64,000 nt of DNA, taken from Raillietiella orientalis. Taxonomy: Eukaryota. Positions 1 through 13,000 of this stretch are shown here, in pieces (the first letter of the stretch is position 1; every line of letters starts with the position of its first letter). Where the stretch lies: the NCBI GenBank assembly GCA_036172245.1, contig JAYWIR010000006.1:2108001-2172000 (forward strand), given 5' to 3'. A model generated the notes under the pieces. That model was not told the DNA's origin. It ran no database searches and saw only the letters and a program-made list of their open reading frames with translations. The position numbers and the translations under genes are program-made.

Positions 1-149
1 TTTGCCCTCCAGCACGTTCGGCGACCCGAACGCACTGTTCCACCGGTTGAAGACGGCGACAAAAGGGAGCTAGGAAGTGGTCTCTTGCGGTGAGCTCATC
101 CCTGAAGACCTCTTGTCCCCGTTCGGATCTGGCTCTGCCTAAGGGAAGG

Positions 150-1500
150 AGTGTGGTCATCCTGGACTTTGCCTGCCCCCTTCGAGAGCGCCCCTGACGC
201 GTTTCAAAGCGTCCGAGAAAGAAAGGAGGTCTGGCTGCCTCCCTGCCAATGAGGGATGTTCAAGTGGCCTCCAAGAGTGTAGTTGCTGATGGCCGCGTGA
301 TCTACAAATTAAGGAGATGATGCTTGTAGTTGAGACCTTGCGACTGTAGCTCGACAAAACAGGAGCCTTGAGGGAGGTTACCTCCAACATCAAATATGGC
401 TTCGAGGTATACTGGATCCACAGATTGGGGCATCCTTCTATGACAAAAATGACCTCTACACCAGGGTCCAAGAAGAACCACACCAGGATTCCACCACCAG
501 GGTCCAAGAAGAACTGGTACCAACCGATGATGATGTGGACGGAGGCTTTTTGAAAGTGATGCTGAATCCTCATGCGATTCCACAACCTTATACGCAAAAA
601 ACAAGTTACACAGAACTTGCAGATGAAGATGAAGAAAAGGATGATCTTTGACCTGCTTTATTCTGCGTAAGAAACGCGTGCGCTCTCTTTGAATTTCCAG
701 TTCTTTCGGAACATCGTCGTTCTTGGGATTACGGGATCCCAACTCCCTAACGATGGTCCCTCGAGTTGACTCTTGGGTTCCCGAGAGCACAAGAAGAGTT
801 CGCCATTTGAAGACTTTCCTTCCTTCCTTCTTTGAGATTTCCTGGAGAATTCCACGTGATTTCGAATGGTCAGCTCGCGTCCAGGACAATGGCGAGATGA
901 TTGTGCTTAAGACGAGGTCATGTCACAGTTGCAACCAGTGCAGCCGGATGACCATGATCTCCCACGTTCCCTGAGTTGTCTACTTAGTGCTGTCGATCAA
1001 GGACTCCTCCTACTGCCTCTGATGTGTAGCTGAAAGTCTTCTCGTCAGTATTTAATACGTGTGGCAGCATTTCATCCCATTTCTGACTTTGACAGCTAGA
1101 TGGATCTCTTGTCTCTTCCCTAATCGGTGATCAGATGGGCGGAAGATCGGATATTCTGCGTCCGCTCCGGACGGCGCGCTCTCCAAAGCAGCTGACAGTG
1201 CCTAGCCTGCAGCCCGGCTGCTCCTGAAGGATACTCCCTGAGCTTTTCCGTAGTTCTTCTTCTCTGAAGACCAGCCTTTCTCCTGCTGGGATGCTCGCAA
1301 CTCTGCATTGGATAGCAGAGGCGTGTCGTGGCGTGGGCTCGCTGTCGCAGCAGAGTCGTTCCTCCAGAATCACGAGAAGCCATCTCCATCGCTGCCTCCA
1401 CGATGAAGAGGGGTGAAGAGTCACAAGTGGACAGGAGAATGGAGGAGGATTTTTTGCTATCACAAACGGGACGTGGACCAAGATGTAGCGAAGCAACTCG
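150..1500 (-). mobile_element. Degenerate LINE ORF2 fragment (EN C-terminus to RT N-terminus)
   Basis: ORF 302..889 has ADHSK...VFKWRTLL (SDH / W-F-N-LL end of EN). ORF 157..597 has TTSIISLICRSRGHQQLHSWRPL (I-LIPK...WRPISL of RT). Frameshifted; boundaries approximate. Confidence 0.55.
459..514. repeat. Local tandem duplication, period 36 bp
   Basis: caccagggtccaagaagaac at 459-478 and 495-514. Confidence 0.85.
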
Positions 1501-1639
1501 TTGTTTCTTCCCACCCTTCCGTGTATTTTACGCATTTGTTTTTATGGAACAGGAAGGAGTTGTGCTCCGGGCACACAGCATGAAATGAGAGGAGGAATGG
1601 AATCAGAAGGCAGCAGTGAGGATGGCGGCGGTGACGGCG

Positions 1640-3000
1640 ACGACTGCTATGGTCGCTCCCACACCGCCGTCTTCGCAGTCGATCTGAGTGTCCGCAGATC
1701 TTCTTGCAGGATCAGTCAGGATGTAGTTGGGAGAATGTCTCTTGCGTGCATTTGTGTAAGCGAACTCCTCCAGCGCGATCGAGTAGGAGGTCACGTGCTC
1801 CGAACCGCCCATCTTGAGATCTCGCGTGTCCTCGGATTCTCAAACAATCAGGTGCATTGCGTCAAACGGACCCTCTTGACATTCCGACCTCGTCATTCAC
1901 CCGCCTAAATAAGAATATCATTTTTCATCCACCTGGAAAAAATGGGAACTCTGGCGTTTGATGGAAAAAAGGGGACTGAAGACCAAGAAAGGAGCACCGG
2001 TTCTGGAAGTATGCAATAAAGACTTCCATCATTGCGTGATATCCCTTGATCTCGCTGCTCTGCGTAGAAGGGCTCTGCGTGTGATTCGGCTGCCTTCTCG
2101 TTGGGCCTGGGGGAACTCCGAAACCTTCCTGGTCGCCATGATCCCGCAGACTAAGCATACACGTCCGGGATAGCCGCCGAGGAGAAAGGACCGCTTCAGT
2201 TCGGTGCAGGGGAGGGGACTTCTGTGAGGTGCGACTCCTCCGCACATGCAGTAGTGAGTCTGCCACGAGGGATACCCTAGCAAGCGAGCTGGACCAAGTG
2301 CGCTGAATCTGTAGGTAGCTCCAAGTCTTTTCTCACCCCTTCTCCTTTTTCCTTGCTCCTCCTTTTTTCTCCTGGACAATACCTCCGAACTCTCGAACAG
2401 AAAAGCGGACGTCCACAGCGGAGTGAGGCGATCGTCTCTCCTGGCAACGGGCTTGCTCTGTGAGCATCTTTCTATCTGTCTATAAAGATGGTCGGTTGTT
2501 CTTCTTCTGGTGGAGGCTTCAAGGCTCGATTAGATAATCGTCACGGTCCACCCTACCACCGACGCCTTCCTTCTGCTCTGCTCGGACACCACCACCCGAC
2601 CCCGATGCGTGAATAACTATGTCATCCAACACGTGACCAAGACGGTGTTCTTGCCTGCAGCGTACGTTAGCGGTAACCGCAAAGTACCTCATTTTCTGCG
2701 CGTACGACTGAGGAACACCAATTCTCCTAATGTTGCACCATTCTTTGGACACCACGATTCCAGAGCGCTCGCACTCTTGCTTGTATCTCCACCTGAGCAC
2801 CTTTCGAAGAGAGTTGTTACCCTGTATTTGCTCTTTTTCTCTTCCTGGTCTGTTCTCAGTGCTTACTCTTTAGTTTCCAAAAAGGGAGGGGTTGCAGGTC
2901 TCATTCAGGATGACGATGATATTGCACTCTTGTAGATCGCAATGCAGGTAAGAATCCTCATTAGGGACTCGTTGGCTGGTCCTTGAAACTTTCCCTCTTC
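1640..3000 (+). mobile_element. Degenerate LINE ORF2 fragment (EN end to RT catalytic motif)
   Basis: GRSHTAVFAVDL (SDH-like) in ORF 1501..1908; GLIQDDDDIALL (YADD-like) at the end of ORF 2609..2935. Confidence 0.5.
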
Positions 3001-3249
3001 CAGCCGTCGCAGCCCTCAACTTTCCGACAAGGGTGCCTTGTCATGGTGATAAAGTCCCTTACGATGAAAAACTGCGCGAGACACTCCCCGTTCCGGAAGG
3101 AAGAGCATCTGCATCTGATCCTCTGCTCTCATTCATCGGGACCAGGATCAACCCGGACAAATCGACAAGGCGGCAGCCGGAGAGCTCAAGATGACCTTTC
3201 GATGTCAGTAAGTAGCTCAGCTCACGATGCACTCCAGCTCGTGACTTTC

Positions 3250-4620
3250 TTCTGATTCAAGTGTTCGAGAGCTGTGGATCCCCACACTTGGTGGTGGTGT
3301 AGAGGAGTTCTGATCGTCGAAGGGAAATTCCAACGCATGATGGGAGTCGAAGGTCAAGTCGCCAATACTAAGTCCTGCTCCACCACCATCGAACTTCCAG
3401 ACAGCTCAAGATCGGACTGACAGCCCACCTACTGTCTGGATCTTCTGACGATACCTCTCCAGACAGGAAATTCCCAGGGCCCTTATTCGAGACTAGTACC
3501 ACCTCTCGCGGAGTCCCTCGAGCAGGTTTCATCGGCGAGAGAATCAGGGTCAAGAGGTCACGTCCATGCTGGAGGAGTCTTCTTTGCCGGGCTAGTTCCA
3601 TGAGGGCCAGGAATTCTTCGTCCTGCTCACTCGTTTGACTGCTCTCCGCTCTTAGCCAGAACGCCGAGGATCGTGCCCGGAGTCCAGGGATCTGTGAGGT
3701 TCCTGCCCGCCTCCGCTCCAGAAGCGCGAGGGTCTTGTGGCGGAGGGTGGATGCAGCAGCTCGGAGAGGTCGCGGCGTTCCGAGAAATGCCCGGAGAGGA
3801 GGCCGACTCCCGCTCTTGGTTGCCACGATACCTTCCCACGCGCCTCACTTCCTGGTCCCCCGGAAAAAGCAGCTCTCTGGTGACCTGCTTCGCCCGTTTG
3901 TCGCCAAACGGGCGGTGCCTGGACGAAGAGGATGACGGTGCGCACTGCGGACAACCAGCCGAAGGTCATCCAGCCAGGGAAGCCACCTTGTCACGGTGGT
4001 GCATTCTTTCCGACCTGGAGATGTACATCCCTTTCTCCCTGATGTCTCTCGAGGTGCTTCCCCGTTTCTTCCGGGGAAAGAAAACCTGAGAAAGGCTTAG
4101 AATCTACCGAACCCTGATGGAGAGACTGCCCTCGCAATTCTCTCCTCCGAATAAGGACCCCAGGACCTCACCAGTCGTGATCTCCGTCAAGATCTTTGCC
4201 TTCGACGCACTCCTCTTCCTGCTTTCCGCAACCCGAGCAACCTGCAGTCTTCCGGCGACGGAACGCCGAGAGGCAGGGAGGACTCCGCCCTGGTGGTCCG
4301 GTGTGCCGCCTCTCGACGCTCCAGTGCCGCCCATCTCCGAGGCCGGTCGCTCCGCCGGGAAGGATGGAGGCGAGGTGGTCGCCACGCGCTTCCCGGCGGA
4401 TTCTCGCTAGCACGGTCCTGTGGTAGCTTGTTGCAAGAACCAAGGCCTTTGACGGGATTCGATGGGCGCGCCGCGTAAGGCGACGTTCAGCTCGTCTCGG
4501 AGAGCCAGTTCTGGAGCTTGGCGCTGCTGCCGCGAATTTTCTCTCCCTCGAATGCTCTTGGCATTCTCCCCTGACCTTCTCCGAGTAGGTTGCTATGAGA
4601 AATAGGGAAGCTCTCAAAGC
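3250..4620 (-). mobile_element. Degenerate LINE fragment (ORF1 tail and EN)
   Basis: VILFVQAP (LQET-like) and AGVGLLS (GVAIL-like) in ORF 3652..3969. Segment 4150-4450 is homologous to 55670-55960, which follows an ORF1 zinc knuckle. Confidence 0.45.
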
Positions 4621-5499
4621 CAAGTCCCTCTTGGAAAATTGAGCGGGTCAGTCTTGGCACCCTTAGGTATCGAACCGCTGCTATGACCACCTATTAAACT
4701 AAACACAAAAGGCTTGAAGATGTGTATGTGTGAGGGGAGTGGAGGGTGAAAATCACTTCCTCTGTTTCAGGAGTTTTTTATAAGTCAGAGCAGGATCGAA
4801 GAGAGGCCGGTGCGGAGGAGAGAGGTGGACTTAAATCCCCTACGAACAAGGAGATTCATGACAGAAGAGGAAGGCATCTGTTTTTGGAGCGTGCCTCTCC
4901 CGGCCTTGCTCGGGAAATGGATTTTTTTTTCGTGGAAAAGGTGGGCCCCTAACGTTTTCTACATGCGGAAAAGCAAAAAGAACGGGTAAGTAGGGGTGAC
5001 AGTGCAAGGAGGACAGCGTCGACGGGTCTGTTCAGTCCTAAGATCCATGCTGCAGAGAAAAGAGGTGCAGCAATCAGTGGAGACAGCCTCTCCCTTTTGT
5101 GGTCCTCGAGTCCTTGGATGCTGTCTCCAGGACGGTGCAGTTGGCAACAATTCTAACTCTTGGGAGATCTCCATGATGAACCTCCTTAATCCCGGCTCTC
5201 TGCGTTTCTGTTCCTCTGCACCGCTGCTCCTGACAGCATCTCGAAGACAGCTTTCCTCCGGAGCGCGCCCTCTAGCACGCCAGGTTCCCCATGCCTTTCC
5301 CAAAGGCGGAGAGGCAGTCCTTCCGGCTCTCCTTAGCCTTGGGAGCCGGCTCCCAGGTCCTGGGAGCCACATAACAGGATCAGCTGCTTCCGAGAGAGCA
5401 CACACACACATATAAAAAAGAAAAAAAAAAAAACGAACGAACACGCAACACCTCCGGATCTTCCAAGATCCCCTACGGGAAGAGCGGAAACTCTGCAGC

Positions 5500-6515
5500 T
5501 CGTACCAATGCATCCTCCCGTCCGAGATGCTTCCAATTCGCTGCTGCCTCCGGTACCTGCAACCTTCTCTCCCTGAAGACTTCCTGGCGAAGACTCACCA
5601 CCACAGCACACCGACCCCTTCACTCTGCATACCGTACGTCCCGCCGAGATTCTCGGAGGAAGTTCTGGACGGATCGGATGTTTTTCGAAGCGAATACGAA
5701 GTGTTCTCCACCTCCTCTTTCCCGGTAACCTATCTTCCTGCGTTTGGAGTCTCCATCGATTGTCATGCGCAAGCTCAAAGGACGCCGAAGATGCTAGCGT
5801 AAGAGCGTCCTCTCCTTGCAGAGAGGAAGAGCAGCCGAAGATTTTTCTCCTCTCGAGGCTGCTTACTGGAACTCTTTTTTTTCTAAATCACAAAAGAAAG
5901 AACGAAAATCGATTTGCTGTATGATTCATCAATTTCCTGCATCCCAATTCATCTGTATCCAAGACTCTCTTCCTCTGTCATTCTCGGCAGCTTCTCAGCT
6001 CCATGTTCCCTCAACCTCGGGATCGATTTCCGTGTTCCATCATGGGAAAATGGCAGCCCCGAAGCGGACCTTGCGTGCACCCAGCTCTGTTCATGATCTT
6101 CTCCTCGTGATCTATCCCTCTGGAGCGGGAGTTGCAGGAGTCGCTAGACCAGAAGCGGCTTCCGTGGCGTGGATCGGGCAACTCCTCGAAGAGCTCTCGT
6201 CCCGAGTGCAGGCATCGCATTTCCTACCAACGGCACCCGAGCCACTCTGTTGCTTGCTCTAATGTGGAGGTAGTGGACCGCATGAAGTCGATGGCCAAGC
6301 GGCCAAGAGATTCAGGCTCACCGAACGGAGCAGGCCTCGAAGCCGCTGCAGACGACCCAAGATGAAGCCGCTCGCACCCAGCTTGCGGCAGTCCAGTCGT
6401 GAACATTGCCTGCGCCAAGAAGCAGACGACCTCCTGGACAGGCAACCCGAAGGGGTCTTTGACTGTAACCCCCACACCGAGCCGGACGACAGCAAGCTGC
6501 ATGCGGCTGCGAGAG
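5500..6515 (-). mobile_element. Degenerate LINE RT domain
   Basis: Colinear relics: PFGLP...MFTTGLP; HSGRELFEE (GF..GR); GIDHEEKIMNR (LD.EKA.DRV); LAHDN (YADD, ~5760); CRYRR (YLG position, ~5550). Confidence 0.6.
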
Positions 6516-6523
6516 TCCTTGGT

Positions 6524-7570
6524 TCGCAGCCCGGTCACGACGGCAAGTTTATTGAAGCTGTATAAACGTACATAAAATGCCTTTCAAATACAATTCGAGG
6601 TTCTCTGACATGCATCTAGGCAGCAAAGACAGACAGGGCACACTGGAGAAACGGGATTAAGAAAAAGTAATGCAGAAGAAAACGAACTGGCAATGGCTTC
6701 AGTCCGATGCAGTCGAAATGGTTTTGCATGAAAGTCCTGCAAAGTGAAACCCCAATGAAGTTCAGTCGGTTCATCCGGTGTTTCCAGTTTTATTTGCTTC
6801 GTTTGCAGCAGACAGAATTCTTTCTGAGTCCTCCATAAATTCTACACGCAAAAAGCCAAATGGCTAGACCTCGGTGTTTCGAGATCGTTTTCAAACCACA
6901 TCCTATCACAAACACCACTCACGTGCCCACGCGGATTCTTTGGGAACTTCGCTCCGAAGAGTCTATCTGCTGACGCATAATTTCTCGCTCGATCTTGCTC
7001 AGTTATGGGTTGAGCAGGCACGGTCGATGCTGACAGCTGCACATCTATATCTTGTAATTCCGGTTGAACTATTTGTATTGTTTGTGGTTCCTTGGCTATG
7101 TATCCTCATTTTCTTGCTCTCGATCTTGTTCGCATTTGCTTTTTCGATTTGCTCTCACCTCTCTCAGGCGTCTTGCGGACGTCTCGTTGTTGTTTCTGTG
7201 CAGCCCACGAACCACAATTTGGCCTTCAACCTCACGCGTAGTTGAAGTGGCTCGTCTTGGCATATCGACTTCACCAGTCCCGCCGCCCAATGAACTCCAA
7301 GAGGCTGTTGAGTCCTGGGCTACATTCTGAGGAACCCGGGGATACTTTGCCCTGTGCATCACTTTCTACCTCAACCGTTAGGAACGGTGATGCAGGACAA
7401 GCTATGCGGTCGACCCTGACCACCACACTCCTTGCCGCAGCTCTGCCTGCCCTAACGGACAGCGGCGACAACAGCCAAACGGCAGAGTGGGATTTTTGCT
7501 GCACCCTCACAGGAAGGGCAAACCTCCTTGGTGGCCGGAAGACACAAGAGTTGGTTGATGCTGCGACTGA
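6524..7570 (-). mobile_element. LINE 3' fragment ending in the terminal hairpin unit
   Basis: Terminal unit at 6530-6553; 7115-7255 is the inverted homologue of 7625-7750; SADRL...GVCD zf-like relic near 6900-6980. Confidence 0.5.
6530..6553 (-). other. LINE 3'-terminal unit
   Basis: AATAAA CTT GCCGT CGTGA CCGGG. Confidence 0.65.
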
Positions 7571-7589
7571 CCCTCTTGGCGCTTAAAGT

Positions 7590-8560
7590 TCATTGAGAGG
7601 CAGGGTCGGTTGAATTGAGAAGTTGCAAAGGGTCACTTCAACTACGCCCGTGTTGCGTCGCAGGGCTGCACGAAAACAACCAGACGACAGCAAGAAGCCC
7701 GCGAGAAATGATAGCAAATCGAAAAAGAAAATGCGAACAAGATCGACAGCTTCCAGGACAGAAGGAACACTTCCTTGTTCCCATTGTCTTGAAAGCAGGC
7801 TGTGCTGCTCTTTCTGCATTGGGCATTCCAGTGCAGTGAGCTCTGACACCTCGTTTCCTGAGCAATTTGCATTTTCGAACTGTTTTTCCAGATGCAGGCC
7901 GGTGGGATTACCTCCGCACCTGCTTTTGGACTGCGGTGCTGCCTAGGAATTGCGGAAGAGGCTGGTTTCAGCACTTCCGCGCCAAGGGGACACCGCCTGC
8001 TACATGCTGAGGCAGTTCTTCGTGCCCGACGGACTTCGACGGCCTCAGTGATCGCACTAGCGATGGGCTGCGTCGGCGCCATCGTCACGACTCGCCAATC
8101 GCTCCAGACGAATGGAGAAGAGAGAAGAGACATAGAGAAGAGAGGCCACCAGAATGGCAGCCACCTACATGAGGACGGCTGCAAGGTGCCTCAACGGAGG
8201 AAGAAGGGAAGACGGAGAATCGCCAGCATTCAGTGACTGTTTTGAAGTGGAGGAACGGCAGACATCGGTGATCCTTATCCCCTGCTTTCCTTTTTATTGT
8301 CCACTTCCTTTCGCTCTGGACTTTTCTTGGTTTTGCATTTATTTTTCCCGGTGTAGATGGAGCGACGCCAAAGTCCCTTGCCTCCCATCCCTCCCGCATT
8401 TCCACATATTTTTTTTTTGTGTCCCCTCCCTTCCGTTCCGGACTTTCAGACTCCACTTGCATCTCGATGGACCCTCATCCTGAACTTCTTTTGTCTTCGA
8501 CTGGAAACCAGAGTGTTCCCAGCTGGTCTCTTTCTTATTAAAGAAATGCTCCAGGTGAAA
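7590..8560 (+). mobile_element. LINE 3' fragment: zf-RVT-type finger and T-rich 3' UTR
   Basis: From 7781: PLS*KQAVLLFLHWAFQCSEL*H, then NCFSRC...PHLLLDC. The UTR at 8500-8545 resembles the reverse complement of 37205-37245. Confidence 0.7.
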
Positions 8561-8599
8561 AACTTCACCTGTTGGGGGCCGGAAAAGGTTCGAAGGCCA

Positions 8600-9500
8600 G
8601 CAACCCGAGCTCGCAGATGTGTCATTGCGCGATCGTGATGGCAGGGGAGCTCTTCCTCCGCTTCCCCAAGGAATCCGAGAGCGAGCTGGATCGGCTGGGC
8701 AAGCTACCGCTAGACAGGACGGCCAACACCAACGGGTTCCCCAGGGAGGCCTCGAACCGATCTCCTAGACGCGGCGAGCTCTGTGGGAGCGCCCAAGGTG
8801 GTCGTGCTTCTCTCCTTCGAGACGAAGGACAGGAACGCGGCCGCGCGCGTCGCGACTGCCAGGGTCCTCGACCACCTCGTCCAAAATCCGCTTGAGAGAG
8901 GACTCTGAAAAGCGAGGACAGCAACAGGAGGGTTCTTTCTATGGCATGGCAATTACTCCAAGAAGGGATCCAGGAAACCAGGAATCACACGAAGAACGTC
9001 TTCCGCAAGCTGATGCAGCATCCGGCCCTGCGGAGCCAGCTGAAGGCTCACGTGTCGGAGAGCTGCCTGCTGCCCGTCACTAAGACCCTGGAAAGTCTGG
9101 AAAGAGGGGTGCAGATGCAGACGCCGGCAGTGCGGGCGGCCACCACACCGGCATCGAAGGGACCTCAGACGAAGACTCTGTACCAGAAGGCTGGCTGCGG
9201 CACCTCCTTCCGCTCGCCCGCGAGAAAATAAACAGCAAGGGTGGAAGGAGATGCCTTCTGTGTTCCCTCCCAGTCACAATGCAATCCAGAAAGCGACAAG
9301 CTAGAACAAGGTTAGACTGGATCCAACATGGATTGCCTCTACTTTCTCGTATCAGCTCGGAGATAGAAGGGGGTCGTCGAGAGGGTTTGAGCTCCTCTGT
9401 CGGCCGGACACCCCGAGCGCGGACGCTCTTCACACTGCGGCAGCCACATTTCGAAAGCTGGGCATTCGATCCGGAAGGCAACCCCACGCTACCGTAGGGC
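8600..9500 (+). mobile_element. Probable LINE post-RT fragment
   Basis: RLGKLPL (YLGLPL-like) and SKKGSRKPGI (PK..GG.GI-like) relics; weak. Confidence 0.35.
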
Positions 9501-10049
9501 TTTTGCAGAGCTACCGTCTGCTGTTCGTAGTTGGCAGTTCCGGCTTCCGAGAGGCAGGGGCATCGGAGATTTCAAGAACGGAAAAATTCGCCAACTCTTC
9601 CATTCCCGGTTGGGGGCTCCAAAACCAACAGGACCATGTGCAAACGAATCGTTGACCTGGAAACTGGATTCCCTACTAGGCATTCTCGCTGCTTCTATCC
9701 ACCCTTTATAGTTTAGATGTTCTCGTTGAAAGCAGACAAAATGTAGCGAAACCAAGACTCTTTGGGACGAAGGTTTTTCAGATTTTTGGAAAACAAAAAA
9801 ATTACCTCAATGTATGGAAATATGGAAATCACTCTTGCATATAGGATACTGTTTTTATAGATATAAAATATATCTCATTTTCGACAAAATAAGTACAGTA
9901 ATGCCTTGGTACTCGATGGTGCCGGAACTCGTCAAATCAGTACTCGTCACATTTTGATGAGAAAAAATGCTTCAGCACTCGGCGCATGTTCGGAACTCGA
10001 CACCCCACTCATGATGAAACGAGTGAACGCTCATGGTGGCTCGCGAACA

Positions 10050-13000
10050 CTACCACACACTTCATAAAGTGCCTCCCAAATCGTTCCTTTTTGTGTGCTT
10101 TCTGTGCATCTTGAGCGTTAATCACGGGTCCTAAAATGGTTAAAAATGATACTACGAAGGCTTGACAGAACACCTTTTCGACTTCCGACCCAAGACGAAG
10201 CCATCTTGATGCCCTCTCCACCATGTACGGCCATCCTCTCCTGTTGCGTGACAAATCGCGACTGCTTCTAGGATGCAGCGTGGTATCTCTGATGGCCTAG
10301 GGATCGAGAGCCCTCGCCTCTCCGGAAGCTGCCGAGGGAAACTTCGGATTCAAGAGGACTGCTGCCAAGCTTTGACACCTACGAGGAGGAGATCGTAGAG
10401 AAGGAGCAGGTGTGGGGACGATGCAATTCTCCCACCCCAGGCACTGTTACAAGCGTGCGTTTCCTCTTCGTCGCCACGGCTGCCGGCGATGGTTGCATTG
10501 GAAATCCCAGTGCAAGAAGAATGTCGCCGCTTGTTGCCACCGGGGGGGAAGAGGCACTGAGACACCCAGGAGGATGGTGGGGATCATCAGTTCATCCGTG
10601 GTGTGCTGAGAGCTCCACCCATCAGACCAGTCTCGAGGCGTGGACACTAGGTATCATGGCGCCCAAGCTCTTGGAAGCCTTCCTGCCATGAAATTCGGTT
10701 ATCCACTGTCGCCATGCTCTCGTGGGAAGGACACCGCTCCGCGCCCAAAGGGATGTTAGTGAAGCGTGCGCACTTCGGATTCCGTCGTATCCCTTTCAGA
10801 GTGACTCTTGTGAAGTGTTGCACAGGACGGAGCATTCGTGAACTGGTCCTCCCGAATCTCTGCCAATCCGGGACGCCAACGGCCCCTAGAAAGGACGCAT
10901 TGGTGGGTTCGGTGACAAAGGGCAGGGCGCAGCGTTCTTGCCCCTTGAGCGCTTAAGAGTGCACAAGACGTTTCCCAGCCCACTGTTGCCCTCTCGGGCA
11001 AGGGAGGGCAATCCAAGGATCCATCTGAACTTCGGGCAAAATTCGGAATCATCCTTGAACCCAGACTTTCTCAGAGACAGTCTAGAGGCGAAGTCACACC
11101 GGCTTCCAGTCTCCTCGTCAGCTTTGAAGGCGCAGGTCAAGAGCTGCAGGACGTGCTGGGATCGCAGCTCCTTCTTGGAAGATTTAGAAACTGGGAAACT
11201 ATCATTCTGATTTTTCTGTCCACGAATGCACGACCTCCCTCAACAGGGACGCCAAGCCGCTGGAGGTGCACTGGTCCAGAATGAAAAAAGTTTTACTAAG
11301 TCCAGTTTCCGTCAGGTGTGAAGCCCACAGTCTGCCCGAGTCTGCTCCTCAGAAACATTACTCACTTCCTAGAAGATGGATCCCAAACAGCTTGCTCAAT
11401 GTACTTGTACACCCGTGATACTTCGAATACAATGTATTTCCGACTGGCTTATCCAGAACGTCGTTGCCTGCTCCCTCAACGTGCGCTCGCTCTGTAGCGA
11501 AGGGCAGTGCATCTTCCTGGGTTTGCAGATAGGCTAGATTTCGGATCAATTGAAATTGTTTTTGCAATTTTCAGGATTTTCTTTTTTTTTTTTAAGGGGG
11601 GCAAGGAGGGAGGGGAATTGAAGCGAGATCGCTTGAGCATTCGGAAAGCAAGCCGTGTCTGAACGCAGCTTTTCATCTTCCGGAAAAATGGTACCAGCAG
11701 TACGCTGGACAGCGGTGAGCGCAGAGTAGATCTTCAGCTCTCTGCACTTCGTGATGGATCCTCATGGGTCTTGGGGAATCGTCCGATTCCAGTGAGGTCG
11801 TCACGGCCCCATGTGCTCCTTCCACTTGCCTTAGAAAGCCGTCTCCCGGTTCTGATCCTCGCGAGGACTCTAGCGTCAATTGATCGATGCAAGACCGTGC
11901 CGAAGGGACTGACCAGATCCATGAAGGCAACACCTGCATCTGCACCGCCTACTTCCTTTCTGCTTCCAGACCACGTCCTTTAAGGAGATTTCTACCTGTT
12001 TGTGGAATTCTTCTTGTCCAATCCTTGTTCAATGTCCAATAAGGTAAATCCTTCTTGTTCTTGCTCCAGCCAGATTGTGCTGTTGCCCATTACTCATTCC
12101 CGGTGCCTACGCCTACAGGCACTTCTCCGTATAACCTGTTAGCTCAATTCCCCACGGATCTCGGCCTTCGATTTCATGTAGAGCACTTGAGGATTTGGGG
12201 ATAAGGATATTGCTGGAATCTATCCAACAGAACTTGATCTTCAATGTCCTTAAAACAAATATGGAAGACTGGAAGATTGTATCTGGCCTTGAGCACGATC
12301 GAGCACCCCCCATCGGGTACAAGGGGCTCTGTCCATTCCCGGGTAGGAATCGTTCTGCATTTTGGAGGATCCTCTTCATCTCCTCCCATGTAAAGTTAGG
12401 AGGAACGGCGCGGAATCTGGAGGAGGGATCGGTTCGATTCTCGCTCTCTCTTACCACTTGGTGGCTAAAGGAAAATTCGCTTCCGGGCACCTCGGCGAAG
12501 CGCCATTCCACTTTGCCTGCTGAAACTCTGCAGTGCAACCCTGCAGGTCTCATGATGACCTGCATGGTCCTTTCTCTGCACACCTCGCATGATTCTTTGC
12601 ACCTCTCCTTCACTAGGAGGTCTCTTTGTCCTGTCCGGTGCACGTGGTGGCTTGATCTTTCGGATTTCGAGAATTTTTTCTTCCTTCCATGAGAATTCGG
12701 CAGAGCATCTCCTAGAAGTCATCATAGAGGACCTCCGAATCGAATGGCATCCACAGTTTCATTTTTGCTTCCCGCCCACACTGGTCGTCTGCTGTACCCA
12801 GGAGATTCGTTTCGAGCTGCGTTGCTGGGTAACACGGAACCTTGTCTCCCTATGGCGCCCGCTACGTCCACAAGGGGCAGAGGGGGCGGTCTCTCTTACA
12901 GCAACAAGCATACCACAATCGAGGTGCCACGGACGATGCTGGCGACGAAGGAACTTACTCAGGAGCCTTGGAGTTTTTTGGCCATCGTTCATGCGATGCC

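Noticed and set aside
7781..7850. Alternative genetic code (TGA=Trp)
   Set aside because: Both TGA and TAG replace Trp, TGG is used at the same sites in other copies, and frameshifts are pervasive.
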